Part shown: piece after piece, positions 18,267 to 25,938 of the stretch
Layout: each line of letters starts with the position of its first letter
Position numbering within the stretch: the first letter of the stretch is position 1
Source of the DNA: a virus
Lineage: Duplodnaviria > Caudoviricetes
Length of the DNA stretch: 64,000 nt
Strand: one strand, 5' to 3'
Virus record (IMG/VR): IMGVR_UViG_3300028593_000003
Program-made: the position numbers and the translations under genes
Notes under the pieces: model-generated
What the model was told of the DNA's origin: nothing
Database searches by the model: none
What the model saw: only the letters and a program-made list of their open reading frames with translations

Positions 18267-18423
18267 CCAGTTCCTTCTCGAAAAGTTCTCGCCAATGGTC
18301 GTAGATGCGCTGAAATTCCTCATTGGTGGGAACTTCATCGAGTTCAAACGGGTGTTGGTAAACCCGCCCGTCGTCAAGTTCAAACTCAGTCTTGGTTACT
18401 CGTGTGACCATCGCTCGTTTCAT
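18226..18423 (-). CDS. 65-aa acidic passenger ORF inside IS607
   Basis: First ORF after the element promoter; GGAGGTG RBS; overlaps the tnpA 5' end by 41 nt. Confidence 0.6.
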   Translation of the reverse strand: MKRAMVTRVTKTEFELDDGRVYQHPFELDEVPTNEEFQRIYDHWRELFEKELDDEQETNRDSESR

Positions 18424-18435
18424 CCTTCACCTCCA

Positions 18436-18464
18436 ATTATACTAAAAGATTTTGGTAGTGTCAA
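18436..18464 (-). promoter_or_regulatory. Consensus sigma70 promoter TTGACA-N17-TATAAT in the IS607 left end
   Basis: -35 at 18459-18464, -10 at 18436-18441. Confidence 0.8.
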
Positions 18465-18500
18465 GTAGATTATAGTAGATTATCTACTAACTGTTCCTAC

Positions 18501-18569
18501 CCTTTCTTTTTGGCTTAGGCCAAAAATTTCACCAAGATATCTTTCCATTATCAAATCTACTTTATCCAT
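18501..18569 (-). pseudogene. 5' part of the IS607-interrupted gene (carries a YLxE leader)
   Basis: MDKVDLIMERYLGEIFGLSQKER; ATG overlaps the upstream stop (TAATG). Confidence 0.7.
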
Positions 18570-19003
18570 TATATGTTTCTCCCTGTTGTGAACTTTACTT
18601 TATACTCAAAAAGGTCTTTCAATGTGCTGAGACTTTTCCAGAGATAGGTATAGGCCTCATGTATTGTTTCGTATTCCTCATCATCAAAAAAACCATCCCG
18701 CCACATTGCTTTCAACGAATTGAGGTTCCTTTCCATTTCATTGTCAAACTTTCTTATACTGGAAACCATATTGGCCAATGCCATCGGGGCGCTTGCCTCA
18801 TTCATCTCATATTGTTTCGATTCTGGAAATGTGACATCGCCGGTGAAGGTGGTTTCAACGGAACCGCTGATATACTTGTCCATCAGTTGATAGGCCTTTT
18901 TGGTTTTCTTCTTGGCCTGATAAAACTCCGGAAACTTTTTCCTGAGCATATCGTCAATTTTCTCTTCCTTGCCCATTTTTCCACCCTCTATTTCCGTGTT
19001 CAT
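18569..19003 (-). CDS. Hypothetical head-module protein
   Basis: Coupled to gp21; internal MDKYI and MNE/A sites. Confidence 0.55.
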   Translation of the reverse strand: MNTEIEGGKMGKEEKIDDMLRKKFPEFYQAKKKTKKAYQLMDKYISGSVETTFTGDVTFPESKQYEMNEASAPMALANMVSSIRKFDNEMERNLNSLKAMWRDGFFDDEEYETIHEAYTYLWKSLSTLKDLFEYKVKFTTGRNI

Positions 19004-19638
19004 TACTTCATCCCCCTCTCGATATCAGCAATAACTTGCCAGATTTTCTTGTAATACTCTTTCTGCGCCTCTTTCAGGGAGATTTTTGGCTGCTCGATAA
19101 CAGGCTCTTCGACAACCTTTTCCTTTTTTGGTGGTTCAAAGTCCTGGCCTTCATAGATACCATTTACCCAAGACGGGTGATTGGACGGGTCTGTAACCAT
19201 ATCCCAAGTGATGAGATAAAAGTCCTCATTGACATAACCATTCTCATTGACGGAACCGAGGCCTCTGGAAGAAATACCCATTCTGCCTTCTTTGATAAGG
19301 GTCTTGGCAATATTTCCCATCGGAGTATCAAGAACTTTTGACCTCCCGATTACATTCGGGCCATCCCAATCAAGCTTTTCAGTCAGAATGGCAATCTTGT
19401 CAGGATTGATTTCAGGATTTGGTGGGTGACCAAGTTCGCCCCAAAGGCTCCTGTTCGTCAATCTCTCTTCCAGCTTGCCAATTTCTCTTTCGAGAATATC
19501 TTTGGAATATATCCTCTTGTTGTTGTTCTCTTGATCGGCTGTGCTGTAGATGCCAGTAATGTAAAGAGATTTCCCTTTCTGTTCAGACTCCTCCACAATA
19601 AACTCAATATTGTGGGAGAGCTCGGTAATAAGCTTCAT
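19003..19638 (-). CDS. gp21: Prohead protease (T4 gp21-like)
   Basis: MKLITE, N.N.RIY, GELGHP, TPMG, GISSRGLGS, WDMVTDPS. Confidence 0.95.
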   Translation of the reverse strand: MKLITELSHNIEFIVEESEQKGKSLYITGIYSTADQENNNKRIYSKDILEREIGKLEERLTNRSLWGELGHPPNPEINPDKIAILTEKLDWDGPNVIGRSKVLDTPMGNIAKTLIKEGRMGISSRGLGSVNENGYVNEDFYLITWDMVTDPSNHPSWVNGIYEGQDFEPPKKEKVVEEPVIEQPKISLKEAQKEYYKKIWQVIADIERGMK

Positions 19639-19677
19639 TTTCTTTTCCTCCCAGTTTCTTTACACGAACAAATAAAA

Positions 19678-20028
19678 TTACTCGTTCCCGGCACCAACTG
19701 TTTTCAGAATACGGATAGGTGTGGTCTTGATGACATTGATGACCTGCGCAATTCTCTGATTGTTGGGGAATTTCGTTACAAGTTCGTGTGCGAGAGACAT
19801 TGCTTTCGCAAACTTTGCTGGTGTATTTGCCATTGTGAGATAGTATTTCAATCTCTTGAGGCCCTGTGTAATACTGCCGGCATCCCTTGTTGGATCGTAG
19901 GTGCCTGGTACTGAACTGGCTACAGGCGGATAAAGTTTTTGATCACCGGCTGAAAATTCCTGTGGCTCCGGTTCATCAAAAACTCCTTCCTTCAAATACA
20001 TATCAATTTTTTCCTCGATCTTTTTCAT
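19678..20028 (-). CDS. Hypothetical protein with YLxE leader
   Basis: Starts MKKIEEKIDMYLKE-G. Confidence 0.6.
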   Translation of the reverse strand: MKKIEEKIDMYLKEGVFDEPEPQEFSAGDQKLYPPVASSVPGTYDPTRDAGSITQGLKRLKYYLTMANTPAKFAKAMSLAHELVTKFPNNQRIAQVINVIKTTPIRILKTVGAGNE

Positions 20029-20210
20029 TTCTTCTTCTTGTCCTCCGCTGGTTTTTGTTTCGGTTTCTCTATATCTTTTGACAAGCCGAGCTTGTTCTTC
20101 AGATATTCATTCTTTGCCTGCTTGACAACATCCTTTACTACCTCTTTGGCAGTAATAAAATCGTCATTCTCAAAAGAATCCAAAGCTTTTTTAACGTCTT
20201 TTTCGTCCAT
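20025..20210 (-). CDS. Small prohead core protein candidate (gp67-like position)
   Basis: GGAG RBS before MDEKDVKKALDSFENDDFITAK; lies between portal and protease. Confidence 0.45.
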   Translation of the reverse strand: MDEKDVKKALDSFENDDFITAKEVVKDVVKQAKNEYLKNKLGLSKDIEKPKQKPAEDKKKK

Positions 20211-20220
20211 AACACACTCC

Positions 20221-20475
20221 TTATTTTTTGGCTGCCTTTTCTCTTTCTCTTTCAGCCTTTGCTTTTTCCTGATAACTCTCGATTCTCTTCTGCAGAGTTT
20301 CGATGTGGGCCTGTCCTCTTTTACGGATTTGCTCTTTCCTGTCAGGATCGTCCGTATCCTCCACAGCCCGACTGACCAGTTCACGGGTATCCCGTATCTG
20401 TTTTCTCAAAAGGCTAATAGTATCCGAGTAATCAGCTTCCATAAGATATCTTTTCATAACTCTGTTAACTTCCAT
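20221..20475 (-). CDS. Small coiled-coil protein with YLxE leader
   Basis: GAGGTG RBS; MEVNRVMKRYLME-A. Confidence 0.6.
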   Translation of the reverse strand: MEVNRVMKRYLMEADYSDTISLLRKQIRDTRELVSRAVEDTDDPDRKEQIRKRGQAHIETLQKRIESYQEKAKAEREREKAAKK

Positions 20476-20492
20476 CAGACACACCTCTGATA

Positions 20493-20510
20493 TATTTATA
20501 ATTATTTATA
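20493..20510 (-). promoter_or_regulatory. Tandem T4-type late promoters
   Basis: TATAAATA at 20493-20500 and 20503-20510. Confidence 0.7.
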
Positions 20511-20517
20511 TATTTTA

Positions 20518-23013
20518 TCAGTCTTTTCTCCTGTTTATAAAATCTATTGACATTTGAATAATATATTTGAACATCTCATTCAATTTTGTATCTTGGTGAG
20601 ATTCCAGCTGCAAACAAGTTTGAAAATCCTTGTGAAACTGAATTGTATCTTGAACTGTCGAGCCTTTACCTCCCTTTGGTCGCAGCGTTTGAACACCTAT
20701 CAAAAACTCTTTACCTTCCCTATCAATTCCATAGATGTTTGCATATCCTGAAGATGATAATCCCCTCACTTTTTTTCCTTCCGTATCGAAATCATCATCA
20801 TCTTCAACATCGGTGCTACTACATTTGACTTCTGAAACTCTTATATGCTTCCAGAAATCCTGCTTATCTTTCTTTGTTTTCAAACCAAGACATTTGGAAA
20901 AGGTTTCTGTATTCCCCACAGTCGCAGTATCACCATCTGTCAATCCGGTTATTGTTCTGGTAACCTCCTGACCGTTTACTATTCTCGTAAATCTTTCAAC
21001 CTGCTTTTCCTTACCTTTTTCTTTAACCGTGACCATCTTCCTTTCCCACGGATTACCCTGTTCATCGTATCTTATTCTACTATTATTTTTCCCCATATTC
21101 AATTCAAAATACTTTGCTGGTATTCCACCAACATTGTGCCCGGAAACAATATGACCGTGAAACCTGTCTATAAACAATTTGGAAAAATATTCGTCGCCTT
21201 TACCTTTGAGGGCTTTATTCATTTCTTTTCTCGCCTCATTTTGTAGCATATGCTGTTCCTGATATTTCCCGGCCATAGCCTTTTCATCAAATGGCGCAAT
21301 TCTGCTTGCAACTTTACTCATTTCTTTTGAAACATCAATTGTATCGTCCACTACACTTGCTTTCAATTCATTAACATATGAGAGAAGTATTTTTTTCTCC
21401 TCTTCATCAGTCAATGGTGGTTTATATGTTCCTGTTTTACTATTAAAAGTCCGGCCTTTTATAGGTGTATCACCTTCATAATATCTCTTGACTATCGAAT
21501 TCCAATATTTTGCTGGTTCATCTCCTGTACTTGATTTTTTTATTTCATCTATGAGCTTTTTTCTTTCATTTGGTTTCAAAGCTCTCTGATAAAGTTTATC
21601 ATATTCTTTGCTGATGACCCCCTCTACTTCTGACTGTTTTTCCTCCAATCTCTTGACAAGTCTATCACAGGCTTTCTTGTAGGCATTATATTCTTTTGCT
21701 GAGATTTTTCCATCGTTCAAATCCTCTTCCGCATAAGATAACATTTTTTTGACATTCGATACTGGGCTTGAATTTCCTTGGATATCAGATGTGGATGTCT
21801 TATTGGATGTATGAAGAATAACTGCCTTTGGAGGCTTCTGTGAATGATCTATAAGAACTGACATTGTATCAGTAGGATTATCTCCAGCACCTCCTCCCAA
21901 AATGACAGATTTATATTTGTTAAATGATACACCATTTACTTCCACTACTCCCATCTTATCGAGAAAATCAACTGTGTTTTGTAAAGATTCTTTACTCCCC
22001 CAAACGTGAGAAACTGTAGTGGTCTTTGGATTAAATCCATCCTCTTTCATTACTCTTTTTATTCTTCTATGTTCGGCTTTTGCAGAAATGGCCGCGGCAT
22101 ACGCCGCTTTTTGACTTAATTCCTCTCCATTTTTATAAACAACATCCGTATCTTTTATCTCTTTCCATAGTTTTTGATAAAGTTGGTTTACATTCATATT
22201 TGGATTTTGATGGAGATAAGAAAGACAAGTTCCAATACTCGTTTCATTGATAAATGATGATTTATTGCCCGGAGCCTTTGTTCTTCCTTCATATGCCCCC
22301 TTCTTTGCGTCACCATCAATTATATCAATTATAGAGCGATCCATACCACCCTTTTCTTTCAGGGTTTTCAAAACTTTCTCTTGTTTTTTGGTCGCCTTTT
22401 CCTTCTCAACCTTTTCAACTTTTGCGGCGTATTTTTTGTAAACATCTTCTGACCAAGCTGGGGCGCCGGTTTCTCCACCTTCTCCAAATTGGTCGTGGAA
22501 ATTGTGAAGAAATTTCGATAGCTCTTCTTGTTCCATCCCCTTTAATAAACTATCAAACTTTTTTGTTTTCTCTTGATCTGTTTCTTTGGATTTGACAATG
22601 GAAGAAAATTCTTTATTTTTTATTTTCTTTATCGCGTCTTTCTGGTGATCTGTGATTCCCGCCGGAGACACGGCCTCTTTAGGTTTTTCCTTTTCTTTTC
22701 CAAGTTCCTCTTCGTGTTTTGTCTCTATTTTTTTCGCCTTTGAATCTTTTTGTTTGAGTGGAGCCCCAAGATGGCTCGCATATACTCCTTCTGGATATCT
22801 ATCAAGTATATAATTCTGCTCGCCGGCAGACCATTTATTCCATCTTGCTATTTGTTCCGGTGTAATTTCCTTTTTCTTTTTATCGCTTGGCTTTTCTTTT
22901 GCCGTTGTTTTTTCTTTCGGCTTCAACACACTTACAGGCGCCTTTGACTTTGGCTTTGTGGCCTCAAAAAAAATATCAGAAATATTTTCTTTTACGAAGT
23001 TTCTAAATTTCAT
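20518..23013 (-). CDS. 831-aa Lys-rich hypothetical protein with leader, downstream of portal
   Basis: MKFRNFVKE; low-complexity N-terminus; no family recognised. Confidence 0.7.
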   Translation of the reverse strand: MKFRNFVKENISDIFFEATKPKSKAPVSVLKPKEKTTAKEKPSDKKKKEITPEQIARWNKWSAGEQNYILDRYPEGVYASHLGAPLKQKDSKAKKIETKHEEELGKEKEKPKEAVSPAGITDHQKDAIKKIKNKEFSSIVKSKETDQEKTKKFDSLLKGMEQEELSKFLHNFHDQFGEGGETGAPAWSEDVYKKYAAKVEKVEKEKATKKQEKVLKTLKEKGGMDRSIIDIIDGDAKKGAYEGRTKAPGNKSSFINETSIGTCLSYLHQNPNMNVNQLYQKLWKEIKDTDVVYKNGEELSQKAAYAAAISAKAEHRRIKRVMKEDGFNPKTTTVSHVWGSKESLQNTVDFLDKMGVVEVNGVSFNKYKSVILGGGAGDNPTDTMSVLIDHSQKPPKAVILHTSNKTSTSDIQGNSSPVSNVKKMLSYAEEDLNDGKISAKEYNAYKKACDRLVKRLEEKQSEVEGVISKEYDKLYQRALKPNERKKLIDEIKKSSTGDEPAKYWNSIVKRYYEGDTPIKGRTFNSKTGTYKPPLTDEEEKKILLSYVNELKASVVDDTIDVSKEMSKVASRIAPFDEKAMAGKYQEQHMLQNEARKEMNKALKGKGDEYFSKLFIDRFHGHIVSGHNVGGIPAKYFELNMGKNNSRIRYDEQGNPWERKMVTVKEKGKEKQVERFTRIVNGQEVTRTITGLTDGDTATVGNTETFSKCLGLKTKKDKQDFWKHIRVSEVKCSSTDVEDDDDFDTEGKKVRGLSSSGYANIYGIDREGKEFLIGVQTLRPKGGKGSTVQDTIQFHKDFQTCLQLESHQDTKLNEMFKYIIQMSIDFINRRKD

Positions 23014-24690
23014 TTATTCGGTTTCTCCCGGCGCTGGTAAAGGGCCAGCTGTTTCAATTTCTCCCTCTCCACCCGTTTCTTCTTCACCACCAAATTCCTC
23101 TTCACCACCAAATTCTTCTTCACCACCCATACCGGGCTCTTCTGGTGGTTGGAACAACTTGTCTTTTTCTTTCAGGCACTTTATATTCTCATCAATCTCA
23201 GCATCTGTCCAACCAAGATATTTTTTCATCAGGAAGTATTTGGAAAACTCCTGATTTCCAGCAAGGGCATTATAATTGGAATGGCGAACTTCAACAAATC
23301 CCTGTTCCAGAGACTCTTTGTAGTGGGAAGGTGGAACCATATTGATTGTAATCATATCCTTTTCCACACCGTACTGTTTCTTCAAACCCTTGAATGACAA
23401 GTGCATTAAAAACAGTTCTTTGAGTTCATCACAGAACCTTCTCTGATGTTTCTCAAGAAATTTTGCCCATTTTACTTCGTCACGGGAAATTTCACCAGTA
23501 TGGGAACCACCAACAACAATTTCTGCCTCTCTCTTTTCCTGACCCGCTGTAACACGGGAAGCTGGGTATTTCAATGCTCGATATAACTTTCGAGCGAAAT
23601 AATAAATGTCATCCAGTTCGGAGAAACCAGCTGGATTACCACCTACAGTTTCAATGGACGATCCTCTTCCATCCGCGGACTGTGGGAGAAAGAAATTTTC
23701 CAGAATGGAAAGAACTTCTGGCTCCTGTGAGAGTTGCCCTGTCTGTGGATCATAGGTCTGTCTCTTGATGAATTTCGTCTTTATCTTCTCGACAAATTTC
23801 ATCGCCTTGTCTTTAGGCATATTACCAGTATCAATCTTGAAAACAAATCTCTCCGGCGCCCTGATAATACGGTAAATGATTACCGATGTTTCCAGAAGTT
23901 TCAGCTGGTTATATGGAACACGGGCCTTTTCAAGGTAACCAAAAACTTCGCCCTTTGTCCTACCATAAATTCCATAGTTGACGTATCCGATCTGCTCGGG
24001 ATTGAACACTATAACCTTGGGGTCTTTTTCTGCTTCATCCCTCGTTGATGGTCTTTTTACATTTGGTGCGAGATACTGATAGTAATAAAGAATATTGCCG
24101 TCTCTTGGATCATAAACATAATCCATTGTTTCGGACGGAAGTTTTTTGATTGTCTGGATGCCCTGACTTGGCTTATTTTTATTGATAACCCTTTCATAAT
24201 ATACTCTGCCATCAATATAATATGTTCTCATAAGATCATCAATAACTTTATCTATATCTATTCTTCTATAAAAAAGTTCGTCAAATTCTTTATAGATATT
24301 TTTTATGACATTTTTATTTCCTGCCAGTTTTTCATCAAGTATAGCTAAACTAAAAATCTTATTCTCATTATCTGTCAAAGTGGATTCATTTACAGCGTCC
24401 TCGATGACATCCCCGATTTCGGGATATTCTGCCATTCTTCTGTATTCAAGTATTTTTGCGACCTCGGACTCAAAAACCTTGTTTATGTATCGGTTATAAA
24501 AGGTATTCAGGTTACCATAACCAAGGGAACCATAACCGGATATGAGAAGATAGTCCTCAACACCCTCTCCTCTTACAGCATCCGCTTCTGCGTGTGTGGG
24601 AAGATCACCTTTTCCCACAAACACTTTCATGGATTCATCCAACCTTACATCTTCATCTTTTTTACCAAATAAACGGTCATACCACGCCAT
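23014..24690 (-). CDS. gp20: Portal protein (T4 gp20-like)
   Basis: YR.MA..PEI, YIDGR, NQLKLLE...IIYRI.RAPER.VF.IDTGNMP, E.FFLP, YF..KLY.AL..P.SR, ISRDE.K. Confidence 0.96.
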   Translation of the reverse strand: MAWYDRLFGKKDEDVRLDESMKVFVGKGDLPTHAEADAVRGEGVEDYLLISGYGSLGYGNLNTFYNRYINKVFESEVAKILEYRRMAEYPEIGDVIEDAVNESTLTDNENKIFSLAILDEKLAGNKNVIKNIYKEFDELFYRRIDIDKVIDDLMRTYYIDGRVYYERVINKNKPSQGIQTIKKLPSETMDYVYDPRDGNILYYYQYLAPNVKRPSTRDEAEKDPKVIVFNPEQIGYVNYGIYGRTKGEVFGYLEKARVPYNQLKLLETSVIIYRIIRAPERFVFKIDTGNMPKDKAMKFVEKIKTKFIKRQTYDPQTGQLSQEPEVLSILENFFLPQSADGRGSSIETVGGNPAGFSELDDIYYFARKLYRALKYPASRVTAGQEKREAEIVVGGSHTGEISRDEVKWAKFLEKHQRRFCDELKELFLMHLSFKGLKKQYGVEKDMITINMVPPSHYKESLEQGFVEVRHSNYNALAGNQEFSKYFLMKKYLGWTDAEIDENIKCLKEKDKLFQPPEEPGMGGEEEFGGEEEFGGEEETGGEGEIETAGPLPAPGETE

Positions 24691-25090
24691 CAGATTTCTC
24701 CTCTATCAAAGCCTTATCCTGTTCTTCCTGCTTCTTCAATTCCATAACTCTTATCTGTCTTTGTCTTTCTTCAACAAATTTTGTCAGATCAACCCCGATA
24801 TTTCTTCCTATAACGTGAGCGACAACCTCAGTCCAAACTGTTTCGTTTCTCAAATGTTCCTGCGCTTTTTCCACTCCGACAAGACGATTACTCAACTCCT
24901 GTATCAATATCATTGTCCGTATCGGTGCACAATCTGCTACAAGTATTGGTGTCTGATCTCCATCGAGTGGGTTGGGTTTCCACCAACTTTCAATGAAATT
25001 TGGACATTTTCTCACTTCCCCGAATAATTCATACATCCCACAAACAGCCTTTCCTGTTTTCTCATCTATTGGGTTACAAGTTCCTTTCAT
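24677..25090 (-). CDS. Cys-containing hypothetical protein next to a fibre gene
   Basis: 137-aa ORF coupled to portal. Confidence 0.55.
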   Translation of the reverse strand: MKGTCNPIDEKTGKAVCGMYELFGEVRKCPNFIESWWKPNPLDGDQTPILVADCAPIRTMILIQELSNRLVGVEKAQEHLRNETVWTEVVAHVIGRNIGVDLTKFVEERQRQIRVMELKKQEEQDKALIEEKSDGVV

Positions 25091-25093
25091 AAA

Positions 25094-25891
25094 TTAATCC
25101 TTTTCAACAATTATTCCTACATTTGCTAACATTCTCCAGCTTGATACATCCGATTTAGCACCGAGTGTATGTGTATGTGATCCAGCTAATCCGGTATCAC
25201 CGTGAGAGTGTGGTTGACTACCTCCGGTTGCATTTGTATATGGGGAATAGTCCTGCATACCTACACTTGCACTAAAATTGAGAACACCATATCCACCACA
25301 AACTCTGCCCATATAGTGAGTGTGACTTGGCATTTCATCAACCGTCAATGTGTGAGATGGTGTCGTATGTTGATGATCTGATTGTGTAGATATTGTGTGG
25401 TTATGACCAGCAAGTGTCCATGTTCCTCTCTGGACACCACCGGAAACATTATATGCTTCCGTTCCTCCCTTTACAGCAAGAAGAGCATCGGATGTACCCG
25501 CCACAATTGTCCATCCTGTGGGGGCTGTGTCCTCATAAATCCATAATTTTCTACCGGAAGTCAAGAAATTATTCAAATTGGAGATAAGAACATTGGTTGC
25601 CGTATTTAATCCTATAGTGATATTATCGCCACTCGTAGTTATGGTCGTATTGTTACCTTCAACCAATGTAAGAGTATCATCGACATCATCAGCTTCAACG
25701 GTAGTCTGTCCAGCAACAGCAATTTTCTGAAATATGTAGATCGGCATCCATTGAGAATTATCTGCATAATAGAGGATACCGCTTGTCGTATTATAGACCA
25801 ATCTACCGATAAAAGAGGCTTCCCAAGTAGGAAGCGTGGAAAGTCTTTCACACCAGACTTTTCCCTGAGTGTCTATTTCGTGAAATTTCAT
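25094..25891 (-). CDS. Short fibre / collar-like virion protein
   Basis: Shared N-terminal LP.W...GRLVY module; AP.GW, LTVDEMPSHTH and HxH repeats. Confidence 0.7.
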   Translation of the reverse strand: MKFHEIDTQGKVWCERLSTLPTWEASFIGRLVYNTTSGILYYADNSQWMPIYIFQKIAVAGQTTVEADDVDDTLTLVEGNNTTITTSGDNITIGLNTATNVLISNLNNFLTSGRKLWIYEDTAPTGWTIVAGTSDALLAVKGGTEAYNVSGGVQRGTWTLAGHNHTISTQSDHQHTTPSHTLTVDEMPSHTHYMGRVCGGYGVLNFSASVGMQDYSPYTNATGGSQPHSHGDTGLAGSHTHTLGAKSDVSSWRMLANVGIIVEKD

Positions 25892-25926
25892 TTCTTATCC
25901 CCCGATAATATAGTATATTTCTCTTA

Positions 25927-25934
25927 TATTTATA
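25927..25934 (-). promoter_or_regulatory. T4-type late promoter TATAAATA
   Basis: Exact motif upstream of the fibre-portal operon. Confidence 0.7.
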
Positions 25935-25938
25935 AAAA

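Larger units (their letters stand above)
16416..18500 (-). mobile_element. IS607-family insertion sequence (tnpA + tnpB + small passenger ORF), 2085 bp
   Basis: Flanked by GG on both sides (CC at 16414-16415 and 18501-18502 on +); left end has AGTAGATTAT x2 at 18464-18483; right end has an inverted repeat CAGAATCT/AGATTCTG at 16419-16440. Confidence 0.85.

Noticed and set aside
17654-18383. Longer N-termini of tnpB (17776) and tnpA (18383) given in the ORF track
   Set aside because: The extensions overlap neighbouring genes and precede the recognisable family N-termini; starts at 17653 and 18266 are preferred.
16414-18501. GGTAGG at both IS ends read as a 6-bp target-site duplication
   Set aside because: Joining through GGTAGG frameshifts the interrupted gene, whereas the GG-core junction restores it in frame and fits the IS607 mechanism.
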